A DNA stretch of 64,000 nucleotides, taken from assembly GCA_033764015.1 (NCBI GenBank), contig JANRJK010000053.1, positions 32,001 through 96,000 of the forward strand. Direction: 5' to 3'. The stretch comes from Candidatus Sumerlaeia bacterium. GTDB taxonomy: Bacteria; Sumerlaeota; Sumerlaeia; SLMS01; JANRJK01. The translations under genes and the position numbers were made by a program. This document shows, one piece after another, positions 11,749 to 22,136 of the stretch. Positions within the stretch are counted from its first letter, which is position 1, and the number at the start of each line of letters is the position of its first letter. Below the pieces are notes generated by a model. That model searched no databases, had not been told where the DNA came from, and saw only the letters and a list, made by a program, of their open reading frames with translations.

Positions 11749-13191
11749 ATGTCCGGTGGCCAGCAGGCAGCGGCACAGCCGACCCCGACCTCCAATGAGG
11801 ACCGCCGCAAGGTGATCCTGTCGGAAGAGGCTGCGCGCATCGCCGCGGGCGACGTCCTCGGCGTCGGCTACGAGGTCATCGACGTGATCGGCGAGGGCGG
11901 CATGGCGGTGGTGTACCGCGCGCGCCAGAAGAGCCTTTCCCGCGTGGTGGCGCTAAAGGCGATGCACCCGCGCTTCTCCGCGGACCGCGAGTTCGTGACG
12001 CGCTTCGAGCGCGAGGCGGGCGCGCTCGCCGCCCTCAACCACCCCAACATCGTCAGCATCATCGACCGCGGCCAGGAGCGGAACATCTACTACTTCGTCA
12101 TGGAGTTCGTGGATGGCGAGACGCTCGACCAGAAGATCATCGACAACACGCTTTCCCTGAAGGAGTGGCGGGAGGTCATTCAGGCGTGCCGCGACGGCTT
12201 GGAGTTCGTCCACCGGCGCGGCGTGGTGCACCTCGACATCAAGCCGAGCAACATCCTGATCGACCGCGAGGGCCGGGCGAAGATCTCCGACTTCGGCATC
12301 GCGCACATCGTCACCGGCGACGACGCGGCCGAGGAGGGTCCGAAGCGCGCCTTCGGCACGTCGTACTACATGGCGCCGGAGCAGACGGCGATGCCGGGCG
12401 CCGTGGACGCGCGCGCCGACATCTACGCGCTCTCGGTGACGTTCTACAAGATGATCACGCGCTCGATGCCGGCCCCCGACACGGTGATGCCGCCGTCGGA
12501 AGTGAACACCGACATCCCGGTCGCGGTGGACGCGGTGATTTTCCGCGGCATGGCGCCGGACCGCGAGGAGCGCTACCAGAACGTCCGCGACTTCTGCGAC
12601 GACCTGTTGAAGGCGCTGAAGGACACCTCGCAGAGCCTGGCCGCGATCCTGGACTACCGGCAGAAGGACCAGAAGTCCGCCCTGTACAGCGGGGCCGACT
12701 TCTCCGCCGCGCGCAGCAGCAGCTCCGTGGTGCCGAAGGTGCCGGCCGCGGACCTCGCGAAGCGCACACCGGTCCCCGGGAAGGCGAAGGCGCCCGCGCA
12801 GAAGAGCGAGCCCGAGGGCCGCAAACCCGCCCCCGCCGGCGAGCAGAAGCCGCAACCGAAGCCCGCCAGCGGCGCCCGCAAGATCGAACCGAAGCCCGCG
12901 ACCGGCAGCGAACTGCTCATCAAGCGGCTCCTCTGGATGGTGCTGCTGCTGATCGTGCTCTGCGTCGCGATCCTCGCGGTGCTGATGGCGATCAAGGCCG
13001 GCGACGCCCGCATCGATCCAGCGGAGCTCCGCCCCATCAGCCAGACCGATCCGAACATCTCGGGCGCGCCGGTCGCGACGCCGGCGCCGACTCCCATCCC
13101 CGCGGAGGAATCCCCCGCGCAGGACCCGCCGTGGGAAGGCGCGCCCCCTGCCGAGGACACGGCACCGCCCGCGGACGCCGCGCCCCAGTGA
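11749..13191 (+). CDS. Membrane-anchored Ser/Thr protein kinase
   Basis: GEGGMA, VALK, HLDIKPSN, DFG, MAPEQ; one TM near the C-terminus. Confidence 0.93.
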   Translation: MSGGQQAAAQPTPTSNEDRRKVILSEEAARIAAGDVLGVGYEVIDVIGEGGMAVVYRARQKSLSRVVALKAMHPRFSADREFVTRFEREAGALAALNHPNIVSIIDRGQERNIYYFVMEFVDGETLDQKIIDNTLSLKEWREVIQACRDGLEFVHRRGVVHLDIKPSNILIDREGRAKISDFGIAHIVTGDDAAEEGPKRAFGTSYYMAPEQTAMPGAVDARADIYALSVTFYKMITRSMPAPDTVMPPSEVNTDIPVAVDAVIFRGMAPDREERYQNVRDFCDDLLKALKDTSQSLAAILDYRQKDQKSALYSGADFSAARSSSSVVPKVPAADLAKRTPVPGKAKAPAQKSEPEGRKPAPAGEQKPQPKPASGARKIEPKPATGSELLIKRLLWMVLLLIVLCVAILAVLMAIKAGDARIDPAELRPISQTDPNISGAPVATPAPTPIPAEESPAQDPPWEGAPPAEDTAPPADAAPQ

Positions 13192-13649
13192 GCCGCGCCG
13201 CCGCGCTGCTGCTGCTCCTCGCCGCGTTCGCCGCCGCCGGTTGCGGACGCAAGCGCGAGCCGAGCCCCCTCGCCGAGACCACCAGCCTGCGCGTCGACAA
13301 CCCCATCGGCGACTTCAAGCGCCCGGTCGTGGTCGAGGACGGGGTCGGCATCCGCGCGCTCGCGAATCCCGACGGCTCCGTCACGGTTTCCGTCGAGAAC
13401 CAGCGCGAGGAGCCGCTCGTGGTGTCGCACCGCTTCTTCGCGCTGGTGACCGGCCCGGAGCGCGGGCGCGACCTGGTGGCGCTGTCGCGGGGGACCGCGG
13501 ACCTGGCGCTCTTCCCGGACGAGACGCTTCCCCCGCTGGGCCGGGGCGTGTACGCGTTCCGCCTCAACGATAGGAAGGCGCTCCCGGGGATGCGCCTGGT
13601 GTACCGCGACCCGCTGGCGGGGCGGATGTTCTTCGTCGACCTCGAGTAG
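13188..13649 (+). CDS. Hypothetical lipoprotein
   Basis: GTGA overlap with the kinase gene; lipobox AAAGC. Confidence 0.75.
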   Translation: MSRAAALLLLLAAFAAAGCGRKREPSPLAETTSLRVDNPIGDFKRPVVVEDGVGIRALANPDGSVTVSVENQREEPLVVSHRFFALVTGPERGRDLVALSRGTADLALFPDETLPPLGRGVYAFRLNDRKALPGMRLVYRDPLAGRMFFVDLE

Positions 13650-13664
13650 CGCCGGCGCGGCGCC

Positions 13665-14168
13665 CTAGCCCGCCCGGAAGAGCAGCGCGGTGGCCATGGC
13701 GGCGATGCCTTCGCCGCGGCCCAGGAAGCCCATGCGCTCGTTCGTCGTGGCCTTGATGTTCACCTGCGCGGGGGCGACGGCGAGGTCGGCGCTGAGGCGT
13801 TCGCACATGAGCGCCACATGGGGCGAGATGCGCGGCGCCTCCGCGATGACCGTGGCGTCCACGTTGCCGACGCGCCAGCCGAGCTTCTGGACGTCGCCGA
13901 CGACGATGCGCAGCAGCACGCGCGAGTCGGCGTCCTTCCAGCGCTGCTCCGTGTTGGGGAAGTGGCGTCCGATGTCGCCGAGGCCGGCGGCGCCGAGCAC
14001 CGCGTCGGCGATGGCGTGGATGAGCACGTCGGCGTCGCTGTGGCCGAGGAGCCCCAGGTCGTGGGGGAGTTCGACGCCGCCGAGGACGAGCCTGCGGTGG
14101 CGGGCGAGCTGGTGCACGTCGTAGCCGAAGCCGACGGCGAAGGGGGGCGGCGCGGTGGCGTCAGCCAT
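13665..14168 (-). CDS. ispF: 2-C-methyl-D-erythritol 2,4-cyclodiphosphate synthase
   Basis: GFGYDVH, GHSDADV, GDIGRHFP, KATTNE. Confidence 0.97.
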   Translation of the reverse strand: MADATAPPPFAVGFGYDVHQLARHRRLVLGGVELPHDLGLLGHSDADVLIHAIADAVLGAAGLGDIGRHFPNTEQRWKDADSRVLLRIVVGDVQKLGWRVGNVDATVIAEAPRISPHVALMCERLSADLAVAPAQVNIKATTNERMGFLGRGEGIAAMATALLFRAG

Positions 14169-14243
14169 TCGGTGCTCCAAGTTGTGCGGGTTGGGTTGCG
14201 GGGGCCGCGCCGTCGGAGGGGCGGGTCGGCTCGGCGGGGCCGG

Positions 14244-15536
14244 TCAAATCTGCGTGGCCGAGTCGGTGATGGAGCGCAGCACGCGGATCCAGTCCTCCGC
14301 GCGCTTCGGGCGGTTGTCCGGGTGCGGATCGAGCGCGGCGCGGAGCAGGCCCGTCAGCTCCGGATGCAGGTCCGAGCGGTACTGCTCGATGGGGCGCATC
14401 TTGCCTTCGCGCATGTTCTTGATCAGCTCGAGGCTGTCGTTGCCCTTGTAGGGGAAGTGCCCGCGCGAGAGCAGCAGGAAGGAGGTGACCGCGAACGCCC
14501 AGAGGTCGGCGCTCGGGTCGATGACGTTGTCCTCCATCGCTTCGATGGAGAGGAATTTGTGGCTGCCGACGCGGACGCTGGTGGCGGTGAGGCGCTCGCC
14601 GCCGGTCTGGATGCCGGCGATGCCGAAGTCCACGAGGTACGCCTCGTCCGAGGAGTCCTCGATGAGGATGTTGTTCGGCTTGATGTCGCGGTGGACGATG
14701 CCCTTGCAGTGCGAGCCGTCCTCCTCGGTCCACTCGAAGTTGTGGGCGGCGGCGATGCCTTCGGCGATGCCGAGCATGTAGCGCACGGCCTTGTTCTGCG
14801 GGATCACGTCGTACTTGAAGATCGTCTTGTCCAGCGATTCGCCCACGACGAAGTCCATGACGATGTAGAGGAAGTCGCGGTCCGGGTCGTCGCCCCAGTT
14901 GTGGACCTTGACGACGGAGGGGGCGCCGCTTTCGGCGAGCGCGTGCGTGAGGCGCGCCTCGCGGCGGAAGCGGCGGACGAGCGAGTCGCGGTCCTCTTCG
15001 CGGAGGTACTCGGGGTTGAGCAGCTCCGGGTGCATGATCTTGATCGCGTAGGTCTGCTCGCTGTCGCGCAGGTAGCCGCGCCAGATTTCGCCGAAGCCGC
15101 CGCTGCCGATGCGCTCGTAGCGCGAGAAGCGCGTCGAGAAGCCCTCGGAGAAGACGAGGGGGAAGAAGGGCGATTCGCGCACCGTGTAGCGGAGGTAGGT
15201 GCCCTCGGTGCCGGTGACGCGGGGGATCGGCCAGGTGACGACGATCGCGGGGCCGTTGCGGCCCAGCACGATCTGGTCGCCGCGCGAGAGCGTCACTTCG
15301 CCCTCGATGCGCCGTCCATTCATGAACGAACCCTGCGTGCTGCCGACGTCCTCGTAGGTGAAGTGCTCCTCGCCCTTGCAGCGCAGCAGGCCGTGGCGGC
15401 GGGAAACCTCGATATCGACGTAGGGGTCGAGCCGCACATCGTTCTGCGACGAGCGGCCGATCTTGATCTCATCCTGCTCGTAGAGCTCGGAGCGGGGCTT
15501 TCCGCTCCGGTCGAGGACAGTGACGCAGCAAATCAT
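14244..15536 (-). CDS. FHA-domain Ser/Thr protein kinase
   Basis: FHA IGR...VSRRH; kinase GSGGFG, HRDIKPNN, DFG. Confidence 0.92.
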   Translation of the reverse strand: MICCVTVLDRSGKPRSELYEQDEIKIGRSSQNDVRLDPYVDIEVSRRHGLLRCKGEEHFTYEDVGSTQGSFMNGRRIEGEVTLSRGDQIVLGRNGPAIVVTWPIPRVTGTEGTYLRYTVRESPFFPLVFSEGFSTRFSRYERIGSGGFGEIWRGYLRDSEQTYAIKIMHPELLNPEYLREEDRDSLVRRFRREARLTHALAESGAPSVVKVHNWGDDPDRDFLYIVMDFVVGESLDKTIFKYDVIPQNKAVRYMLGIAEGIAAAHNFEWTEEDGSHCKGIVHRDIKPNNILIEDSSDEAYLVDFGIAGIQTGGERLTATSVRVGSHKFLSIEAMEDNVIDPSADLWAFAVTSFLLLSRGHFPYKGNDSLELIKNMREGKMRPIEQYRSDLHPELTGLLRAALDPHPDNRPKRAEDWIRVLRSITDSATQI

Positions 15537-15834
15537 GCCTCTATCGGAGGGGGAACCGTGGGAAGGTCAATAGCATCCGGCGCGGGGCCGCGTGAAATGC
15601 GGTCGGGGCGGCCGGGCACGGAATCCGGTTGCCAAAGGCGGGCCGACCGGGCTGGCTAGAGCCACAGGCGGTGACGCTGCGTGCTGCTTGGGCGGCAGCA
15701 CCGGCGCTTGCGCCTGTCTCCGCGCGTGCATCGCAGGCAACGCCAACCCCGGGGGAGCCGGATCCGCCTCCCCATCCGGCGGTGCGTTTCCCGCGGCGCG
15801 TCAATTTTTCCGTATCCCAGAAGGAGCGCCTCCG

Positions 15835-16575
15835 ATGAACCCGGAAGTGACCGTCCTGCTCGATCTGCAGGAAATCGACCGCGAGCTGTTGAAGCTCAAA
15901 GAGGAGCTGGGCCGCTACCCCGGCATCTGGGAGAAGACGAAGGCCCGCGTGACCGACGCCCGCCAGCGCGCCAAGTCGCTCGCGGACGAAATCGCCGAGC
16001 ACGGCCACGACAAGCGCGACCTGTCGCGTTCGCTGCAGGAGACCGGCGAGCTGCTCCGCCGCTACCAGCTCCAGCAGCCGATGGTGAAGACGCAGAAGGA
16101 ATACTACGCCCTCACGCAGCAGATTGAAGGAACCCGCGAGCGGCTCAGTAACATTGAGGAGCAGGCGCGCCGCGAGCTGGAACGGGGTCCCGAACTCCAG
16201 CAGCAGCTCGAAGCCGCCGAGAAGGAGGCGAAGGCCGCGGAGGAGTTCGCGAAGGGCGAGAAGGAGCGGATCCGCGTGCAGATGGCGGAGAAGCGCGAGG
16301 CGGTCGCGAAGCTGGAGACGGCGCGCGCGGCGGTCGTGGCGAAGGTGGCTCCGGCGCGGCTCGGCCAGTACGAGCGCGTCGCCAAGCGGCATCCCGGCTC
16401 GGCCATCGTGCCGGTCCGCCAGGGCGGCTGCACCGGCTGCAACTTCCAGCTCCTCTCGAAGGCCCTCGTCGAACTCCACCGAGCCCAGAAGGTCGCCTTC
16501 TGCGACCATTGCGGAAGGATCCTGAGCCATGACGAAAGCTACCAGCAGGCGGACCCCCAGTCGGCGGCGGGCTGA
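15835..16575 (+). CDS. Coiled-coil C4 zinc-ribbon protein (DUF164/CT398/HP0958-like)
   Basis: LLDLQEID start, coiled coil, CTGC...CDHCGRIL. Confidence 0.9.
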   Translation: MNPEVTVLLDLQEIDRELLKLKEELGRYPGIWEKTKARVTDARQRAKSLADEIAEHGHDKRDLSRSLQETGELLRRYQLQQPMVKTQKEYYALTQQIEGTRERLSNIEEQARRELERGPELQQQLEAAEKEAKAAEEFAKGEKERIRVQMAEKREAVAKLETARAAVVAKVAPARLGQYERVAKRHPGSAIVPVRQGGCTGCNFQLLSKALVELHRAQKVAFCDHCGRILSHDESYQQADPQSAAG

Positions 16576-16582
16576 CCCGGCC

Positions 16583-17779
16583 GTGCGCCGCTTCGCCGCC
16601 GCCGCGGCCCTTGCCGCGCTGGCCCTCGCGCAGGGCTGCGCCAAGCTGTCCGTGCGCTCCGAGCCCGCCGGCGCCCAGCTACTCTGGTCGCCCAACGGCC
16701 TCGAACCGTTCCGCCCCTGGCCCCCCACCGGCGACGGGCGCGAGGGCAACACCGCGACGCCGCACAGCGAGTTCACCACGACCCGGGACGTCTTCTTCAT
16801 GACCGTGGAGAAGGAGGGCTACCGCCGCCCGCTGGCGAAGCTGGTCCAGCTCGCGCCGCTGCGCACCGCCCGCCTTTCCTTCGACCTCGAAAAGCTGCCC
16901 GAGTACGAGGGCGGCCTGCCCGTGCGCGACGGCCTCGTGCTGTACCAGGGGGAATGGGTCGATCCCGCCGCCGCGGGGCTCGCCGTCCACGAGGGGCGCC
17001 TGCTCGGCATCGAACAGGTCCGCGCCAAGGAGCGGCTCGCGCAGGGCCTGGTCGAGTTCGAGGGCCGCGATGTGGCGCCGGCGGAGCGCGACCGCCTTTG
17101 GGCGGAGCGCCAGCGCGCCGAGGGCCGCACGCTCTTCAAGGAGCGCTGGCTCCTGCCGGAGGAGATCGCCGCGGAAGAGGCGGTCGACCGCGCCGCGGCG
17201 GAGATCAACACGCTCGACGGCCTGGCGGACCTGGACGCGCCGCGCGTGCTGGGCCGCGTCGAATCCGCCTTCGCCCAGTTGCAGCTTTTCAACAACACCG
17301 CGCTGCCGGTGCGCGTGCTGCTCTCCGGCCCGAGCAGCCGGGAGCTGCGCCTGGAGCCGTTCGGCTCCTTCGGCGGGGGTCCCGGCGAGGCGCTCTACGT
17401 CGTCGCGGGGCGGTACCAGGTGGTCTACCTGCCGCTGGAGAACGACGGCCTGCCGGCGGCGCCGGAGTCCTCGGCAACGCGCAGCGCGGCCGGCGCCGAG
17501 GGGCGCACCGCCGGCGCGCGCACCGCCATCACCAGCCAGCCCCTCGCCTCGGGCTTCCGCTATTCGTTCAACTACAGCGGCGGCGACCGGCTGCGGCTGG
17601 AAGACCTGCGCCAGTACGAACCGCCGCAGGTTCAACTGCCGGTGGAACGGCAGGAGATCGAGGTGCCCGAAGCGCCCGCGGCGCCGGCGCCTCCCGCGGA
17701 AGCCCAGCGCGGCAACCCGTCCGGCGGCGGACGTCCGCCGGGGGGCCGGCCTCCCGGCGGCGGACGCCCGCGCCCGTAG
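16583..17779 (+). CDS. Lipoprotein with PEGA-like domain
   Basis: Lipobox LAQGC followed by LSVRSEPAGA; GLVxxEG short repeats. Confidence 0.7.
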   Translation: MRRFAAAAALAALALAQGCAKLSVRSEPAGAQLLWSPNGLEPFRPWPPTGDGREGNTATPHSEFTTTRDVFFMTVEKEGYRRPLAKLVQLAPLRTARLSFDLEKLPEYEGGLPVRDGLVLYQGEWVDPAAAGLAVHEGRLLGIEQVRAKERLAQGLVEFEGRDVAPAERDRLWAERQRAEGRTLFKERWLLPEEIAAEEAVDRAAAEINTLDGLADLDAPRVLGRVESAFAQLQLFNNTALPVRVLLSGPSSRELRLEPFGSFGGGPGEALYVVAGRYQVVYLPLENDGLPAAPESSATRSAAGAEGRTAGARTAITSQPLASGFRYSFNYSGGDRLRLEDLRQYEPPQVQLPVERQEIEVPEAPAAPAPPAEAQRGNPSGGGRPPGGRPPGGGRPRP

Positions 17780-17822
17780 CCGCGCAGACAGCACCAATCA
17801 ACCCAACCGCAGGAGCCAACGC

Positions 17823-19805
17823 ATGGCCCGCACGCATCGCCGGATCCACGCCCTCGCCGCCTTCGGCGCGCTGGTCCTCCTTGGTGGCTGCGCCACCACC
17901 CCACGGCTCCCGAGCCCGGCGGACATCCCGGACGCCCCGGCGGAGCGCCGCGCCGCCGGCGAGCTGCGCCTCGAGGCGATCCCCGAGACGCCCCCGCAGA
18001 TCGGACGCCGCCTCGCCGCCTACCAGTCGGTCCGGGGCACCAGCTTCGTCGATTGGAGCCCCTCCGGCTGGATGATGGTGCGCCACCTCAAGGGCAACAC
18101 CACGCAGCTCTACCGGCTGAACCGCCCCGGCGGGTCGATCTCGCGCATCACGAACTTCGAGGAGCCGCTCGCCTCGGGCACCTTCCTCAACAAGCGCGAC
18201 GCCTTCCTCTACTCGATGGACGAGGGCGGCAACGAGCTGGACCAGATCCACCTTTGGGACATGCGCGACGGCTCGCGGACGCTGCTGACGGACGGCGTGT
18301 CGCGCCACTCCGGGTACGTGCTCGCGCCGAACGAGGACCGCATGGCCTTCAGCAACAACGCCCGCACCGGCAGCGACTTCGACGTGTACGTGCAGGACAT
18401 CCGCCCGGGCGGCGCCGCGCAGCGCGTCACCGCCGCGCCCGGCTCCTGGTACCCGATGGACTTCAGCCCCGACGGCAAGCGCCTGCTCGTCCTCAAGTAC
18501 ACCTCCGTGACGGACAGCATGGCGTACGACGTCGACATCGCCACGGGCGTCTTCGAAGCACTCCGCCCCGGTGAAGCCGGCACCATGTCGATCGGCGCCG
18601 CCGCCTACCTCCGCGACGGCTCCGGCGACATCGTGTACGTCAGCGACGAAGGCTCCGAGTTCCGCCGGCTCCGCATCAAGAGCGCCGACGGCACCGACCA
18701 AGTCCACAGCGCGGACATCGACTGGGACGTGGACGAGGTGCAGCTCAGCGACGACGGGCGCTGGATCGCCTTCGCCACCAACGAGGCGGGCGCGTCCAGA
18801 ATGTACCTGCTCGACCTGGTGCAGAAGGAACGCCGCCAGATCGACATCGGCCTCGGCGTCCTCGTCAGCGGCGGCTTCTCGCCCGACTCGTCGACGATCG
18901 CCTACACGGTGAACGGGCCGACCTCGCCGAGCACCACCTTCGCCTACGAAATCGCGACCGGGACCACCACGCAGTGGACCACGCCCACCGCGAAGGGCCT
19001 CGATTTCGCCGAGCTCGTCGAGCCGGAAATGGTCGAGGTGTCCTCCTTCGACGGCCTGCCGATCAGCGCGATCTACTACAAGCCCGAGGGCCCCGGCCCG
19101 CACCCGGTCCTGATCAACTTCCACGGCGGCCCCGAGGCGCAGTCGCGCCCGTACTTCACCTCGTTCCACCAGTTCCTGGTCCGCGAGATGGGGATCGCGG
19201 TGCTCGATCCGAACGTGCGCGGCTCGACCGGCTACGGGAAGACGTTCACCACGCTGGACAACGGGCGTAAGCGCGAGGACTCGGTGAAGGACGGCGGCGC
19301 GCTGCTGGACTGGATCGCCGCGCGGCCCGAGCTGGACGCCTCGCGAGTCGGCGTGATGGGGGGCAGCTACGGGGGCTACATGACGCTCGCGATGCTGACC
19401 AACTATCCCGGCCGCGTGCGCGCCGGCATCGACAGCGTCGGCATCAGCAACTTCGTCACGTTCCTCGAGAACACCGGCGACTTCCGCCGCGACCTGCGCC
19501 GCGTCGAGTACGGCGACGAACGCGATCCGGAGATGCGCGCCTTCCTCGAGAGCATCTCGCCGCTCACCAAGGCGGACCGCATCGACGCCGCGCTGCTGGT
19601 GATCCAGGGCTACAACGATCCGCGCGTCCCCTACACGGAGGCGGAGCAGATCGTCCAACGCGTCCGCGCCGGCGGCCAGCCCGTCTGGTACCTGCTCGCG
19701 ATGAACGAGGGGCACGGCTTCGCCAAGCGCGAGAACTTCGAGTTCGAGCAGGAAGTCCGCGCCATGTTCCTGCTGAAGTACCTGTCGCACGCGCACGGCG
19801 AATGA
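17823..19805 (+). CDS. S9 family peptidase, lipoprotein
   Basis: Lipobox LGGC; beta-propeller; HGGPE, GGSYGG, NDPRV, EGHGF. Confidence 0.95.
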   Translation: MARTHRRIHALAAFGALVLLGGCATTPRLPSPADIPDAPAERRAAGELRLEAIPETPPQIGRRLAAYQSVRGTSFVDWSPSGWMMVRHLKGNTTQLYRLNRPGGSISRITNFEEPLASGTFLNKRDAFLYSMDEGGNELDQIHLWDMRDGSRTLLTDGVSRHSGYVLAPNEDRMAFSNNARTGSDFDVYVQDIRPGGAAQRVTAAPGSWYPMDFSPDGKRLLVLKYTSVTDSMAYDVDIATGVFEALRPGEAGTMSIGAAAYLRDGSGDIVYVSDEGSEFRRLRIKSADGTDQVHSADIDWDVDEVQLSDDGRWIAFATNEAGASRMYLLDLVQKERRQIDIGLGVLVSGGFSPDSSTIAYTVNGPTSPSTTFAYEIATGTTTQWTTPTAKGLDFAELVEPEMVEVSSFDGLPISAIYYKPEGPGPHPVLINFHGGPEAQSRPYFTSFHQFLVREMGIAVLDPNVRGSTGYGKTFTTLDNGRKREDSVKDGGALLDWIAARPELDASRVGVMGGSYGGYMTLAMLTNYPGRVRAGIDSVGISNFVTFLENTGDFRRDLRRVEYGDERDPEMRAFLESISPLTKADRIDAALLVIQGYNDPRVPYTEAEQIVQRVRAGGQPVWYLLAMNEGHGFAKRENFEFEQEVRAMFLLKYLSHAHGE

Positions 19806-20671
19806 CCGCCGCGCGCCCGCGCGCCTGGGTGCGGGTGGTCCGGGTGCTCGCCGCCATCGCGGTCGGCTTCACGCTCGTTTTCTCGGCGGCGCTGCTCCTC
19901 CTGCAGCGCCGCCTGATCTACTTCCCGCAGCCCTATCCGGTGCAGCGCGTCGAGGACCTGCTCCCCGCCGGGGGACGGGCGCTCGAGTACCAGCTCCGCG
20001 GCGCCCGCCAGTTCGCGTACTGGGTCCCCGGCCCCGCCGCCACGGACGAGTCGCCGATCGTCGCGGTCTTCAGCGGCAACGCCTCGCTGGCGGCGCTCGG
20101 CTGGAGCGATTGGATCGACGAAGCCCGCGAGGCGGATCCGTCGCTATCCTTCCTGCTGGTCGAGTACCCGGGCTACGGGCGCAGCGGCCTCGAGCCCACG
20201 CGGGCGAACATCATCGCGGCCACCATGGGCGCCTGGGACCGGCTGGCGGAGGAACTCGGCCTGGAACGGCCCGCGCTCGACGCCCGCGCCGCCGCCATGG
20301 GGCACTCCCTCGGCGCCGCCGCCGCGATGGAGTTCGCCACCCGCGTCCGCCCGCGTCGCATCGTCCTGTTCGCCCCGTTCGTGGACATCAAGCGGATCGC
20401 CCGCCGCACCGTGGGGCCGCTCTTCCAACACTTGCTCCTCGACCGCTTCGACAACGCGGCGCGACTGCGCGAGTACCTCCCCGCGCAGCCGGAGGGTCGC
20501 GTCCTGGTCTTCCACGCGGAAGACGACAACATCCTCGAGGCGGGCTTCTCGCGCGAACTCCACGCGGCGCACCCGCAAGCCATCGAACTTGTCATCAGCC
20601 CCACCGGCGGACACGATGGGATCCTAGCGACGCATCGCGACCGCGCGGTGGAGTTTCTTGCGGGCGAGTGA
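19802..20671 (+). CDS. Alpha/beta hydrolase (Bem46-like)
   Basis: N-terminal TM, LIYFP, YPGYG, GHSLG, GGH. Confidence 0.9.
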   Translation: MTAARPRAWVRVVRVLAAIAVGFTLVFSAALLLLQRRLIYFPQPYPVQRVEDLLPAGGRALEYQLRGARQFAYWVPGPAATDESPIVAVFSGNASLAALGWSDWIDEAREADPSLSFLLVEYPGYGRSGLEPTRANIIAATMGAWDRLAEELGLERPALDARAAAMGHSLGAAAAMEFATRVRPRRIVLFAPFVDIKRIARRTVGPLFQHLLLDRFDNAARLREYLPAQPEGRVLVFHAEDDNILEAGFSRELHAAHPQAIELVISPTGGHDGILATHRDRAVEFLAGE

Positions 20672-20677
20672 TGCCGC

Positions 20678-21421
20678 CTACTTCAGCTTCCAGACCCGCT
20701 CACCCTGCTTCGTTGCTTGGCCTTGTCGCTCCTTGAGCTTCGCTTCGACGATTTCGTCGAGTGGCGGGCGGTCATCATTCGACAGGCCTTTTCGCTTGGC
20801 GCTAGCGAACAGCTTGACGAGCAATATGGCCGCGGCGGCAAGGAGCACGAGCCCGCTCCAGCGGCCAAGCCACGCCACATCGAGCAGGCCGAGGAGCCCG
20901 GCGGACGCCGCCGCGCCCGTGCCGAAGAGCCGCGGCGTGTTGGGCCAGCTCGACCACGCGACCACCACCGCGGCGAGCGCCGCCTGGTGTGGCAACGCGC
21001 CCATCGGCGAGTACCAGACTGCGCTCCAGAGGGACGAGAATTCGAGCCGGTATCCGAAAACCGGGTACCAGAATGCCGCGACAAGGCCGATCCAAGCGAC
21101 CGCCCGTCGACCCGTCTCCTCGCCCGCGGGCAGCGGCGTCAGCTTCCCCTCCGGTTGGGCAACGACCCAGCCCGCCGCCCCGAGGAGGACCAGCGACGGC
21201 AGTGCCGCCAGCCAGGTTTCGGTGCCGACGCAGAGCCGCACAGAGTTCAGCGCCAGCACCGCGAACACCAGCGGGGTGAGGCGCTTCGCGCGCGGATCCC
21301 GATCCAGCGCGGCCAGCAGGAGCGCCAGCGCGAGGCAGAGCTTCGACACGAGCCCGGTCAGGCCGTGCTGATCCCAAAGGAGCTGAAAGAGGAGGTTGAT
21401 CCGCCCTGCGTCCATCGCCAA
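20678..21421 (-). CDS. Hypothetical membrane protein
   Basis: Several hydrophobic segments and a charged tail. Confidence 0.7.
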   Translation of the reverse strand: MAMDAGRINLLFQLLWDQHGLTGLVSKLCLALALLLAALDRDPRAKRLTPLVFAVLALNSVRLCVGTETWLAALPSLVLLGAAGWVVAQPEGKLTPLPAGEETGRRAVAWIGLVAAFWYPVFGYRLEFSSLWSAVWYSPMGALPHQAALAAVVVAWSSWPNTPRLFGTGAAASAGLLGLLDVAWLGRWSGLVLLAAAAILLVKLFASAKRKGLSNDDRPPLDEIVEAKLKERQGQATKQGERVWKLK

Positions 21422-21506
21422 ACCTCGTTCCGACCCAACCGCGGGTCGGTGGCTTGGTCTTATCTTTGCGCCCCGCAGTGTGTCCAGAGCGACTTGAATC
21501 CTGCCC

Positions 21507-22136
21507 GTGAGGCATCAGCCCGTGAAACTTCGGTATTTCTTCGCAGCCCTCCTGCTTACTACCACACCGGTGGCTTACGCCGGCGATGCCGACCCGCCCG
21601 CAGCAAGCGCGACAACGGAGCCCATCCAGATGCCCACAGAGTATCAAGTACCATCGCTTGACGAGAAGGGTTACGAGTCGCTGACGAAGAGCCACGGCTC
21701 GGACTTCCTTGTCGTGAACTATTGGGCGACTTGGTGCAGCCCGTGTGTCGAGGAGATTCCCTACTTCGTGAAGGTTGCCGCTGAGCAGAAGGCGGGACAT
21801 GTCCAGTTCGTCGGCTTGTCGCTCGACTTCCCGAACCAGGTGGAATCGAAGGTCGTCCCCTTCCTCAAGAAGGAAGGTGTCAAGTATCCGAACTTCCTAC
21901 TGGACGTTTATGATCAGGACGCTTTCATCGGCCAAGTGTCGGACGAATGGAACGGGGAGATCCCGGCCACGTTCATTTACGACCGGACGGGGAGGCTGGT
22001 CGCCAAGACGCTTCGCCCGGTTGACGAAGCCGAGTTGCGCGAGTTCGTCTCGAAGGCTACCAAGGCGTCGGACGGGAAGTCCGACGAGACGGCCTCGGAC
22101 GAGGTTGGCGCCGAGGGATCCGAACCCAAGCCCTAG
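21507..22136 (+). CDS. TlpA/ResA-like thiol-disulfide oxidoreductase
   Basis: Signal peptide; NYWATWCSPCVEEIP; cis-Pro IPAT. Confidence 0.9.
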   Translation: MRHQPVKLRYFFAALLLTTTPVAYAGDADPPAASATTEPIQMPTEYQVPSLDEKGYESLTKSHGSDFLVVNYWATWCSPCVEEIPYFVKVAAEQKAGHVQFVGLSLDFPNQVESKVVPFLKKEGVKYPNFLLDVYDQDAFIGQVSDEWNGEIPATFIYDRTGRLVAKTLRPVDEAELREFVSKATKASDGKSDETASDEVGAEGSEPKP

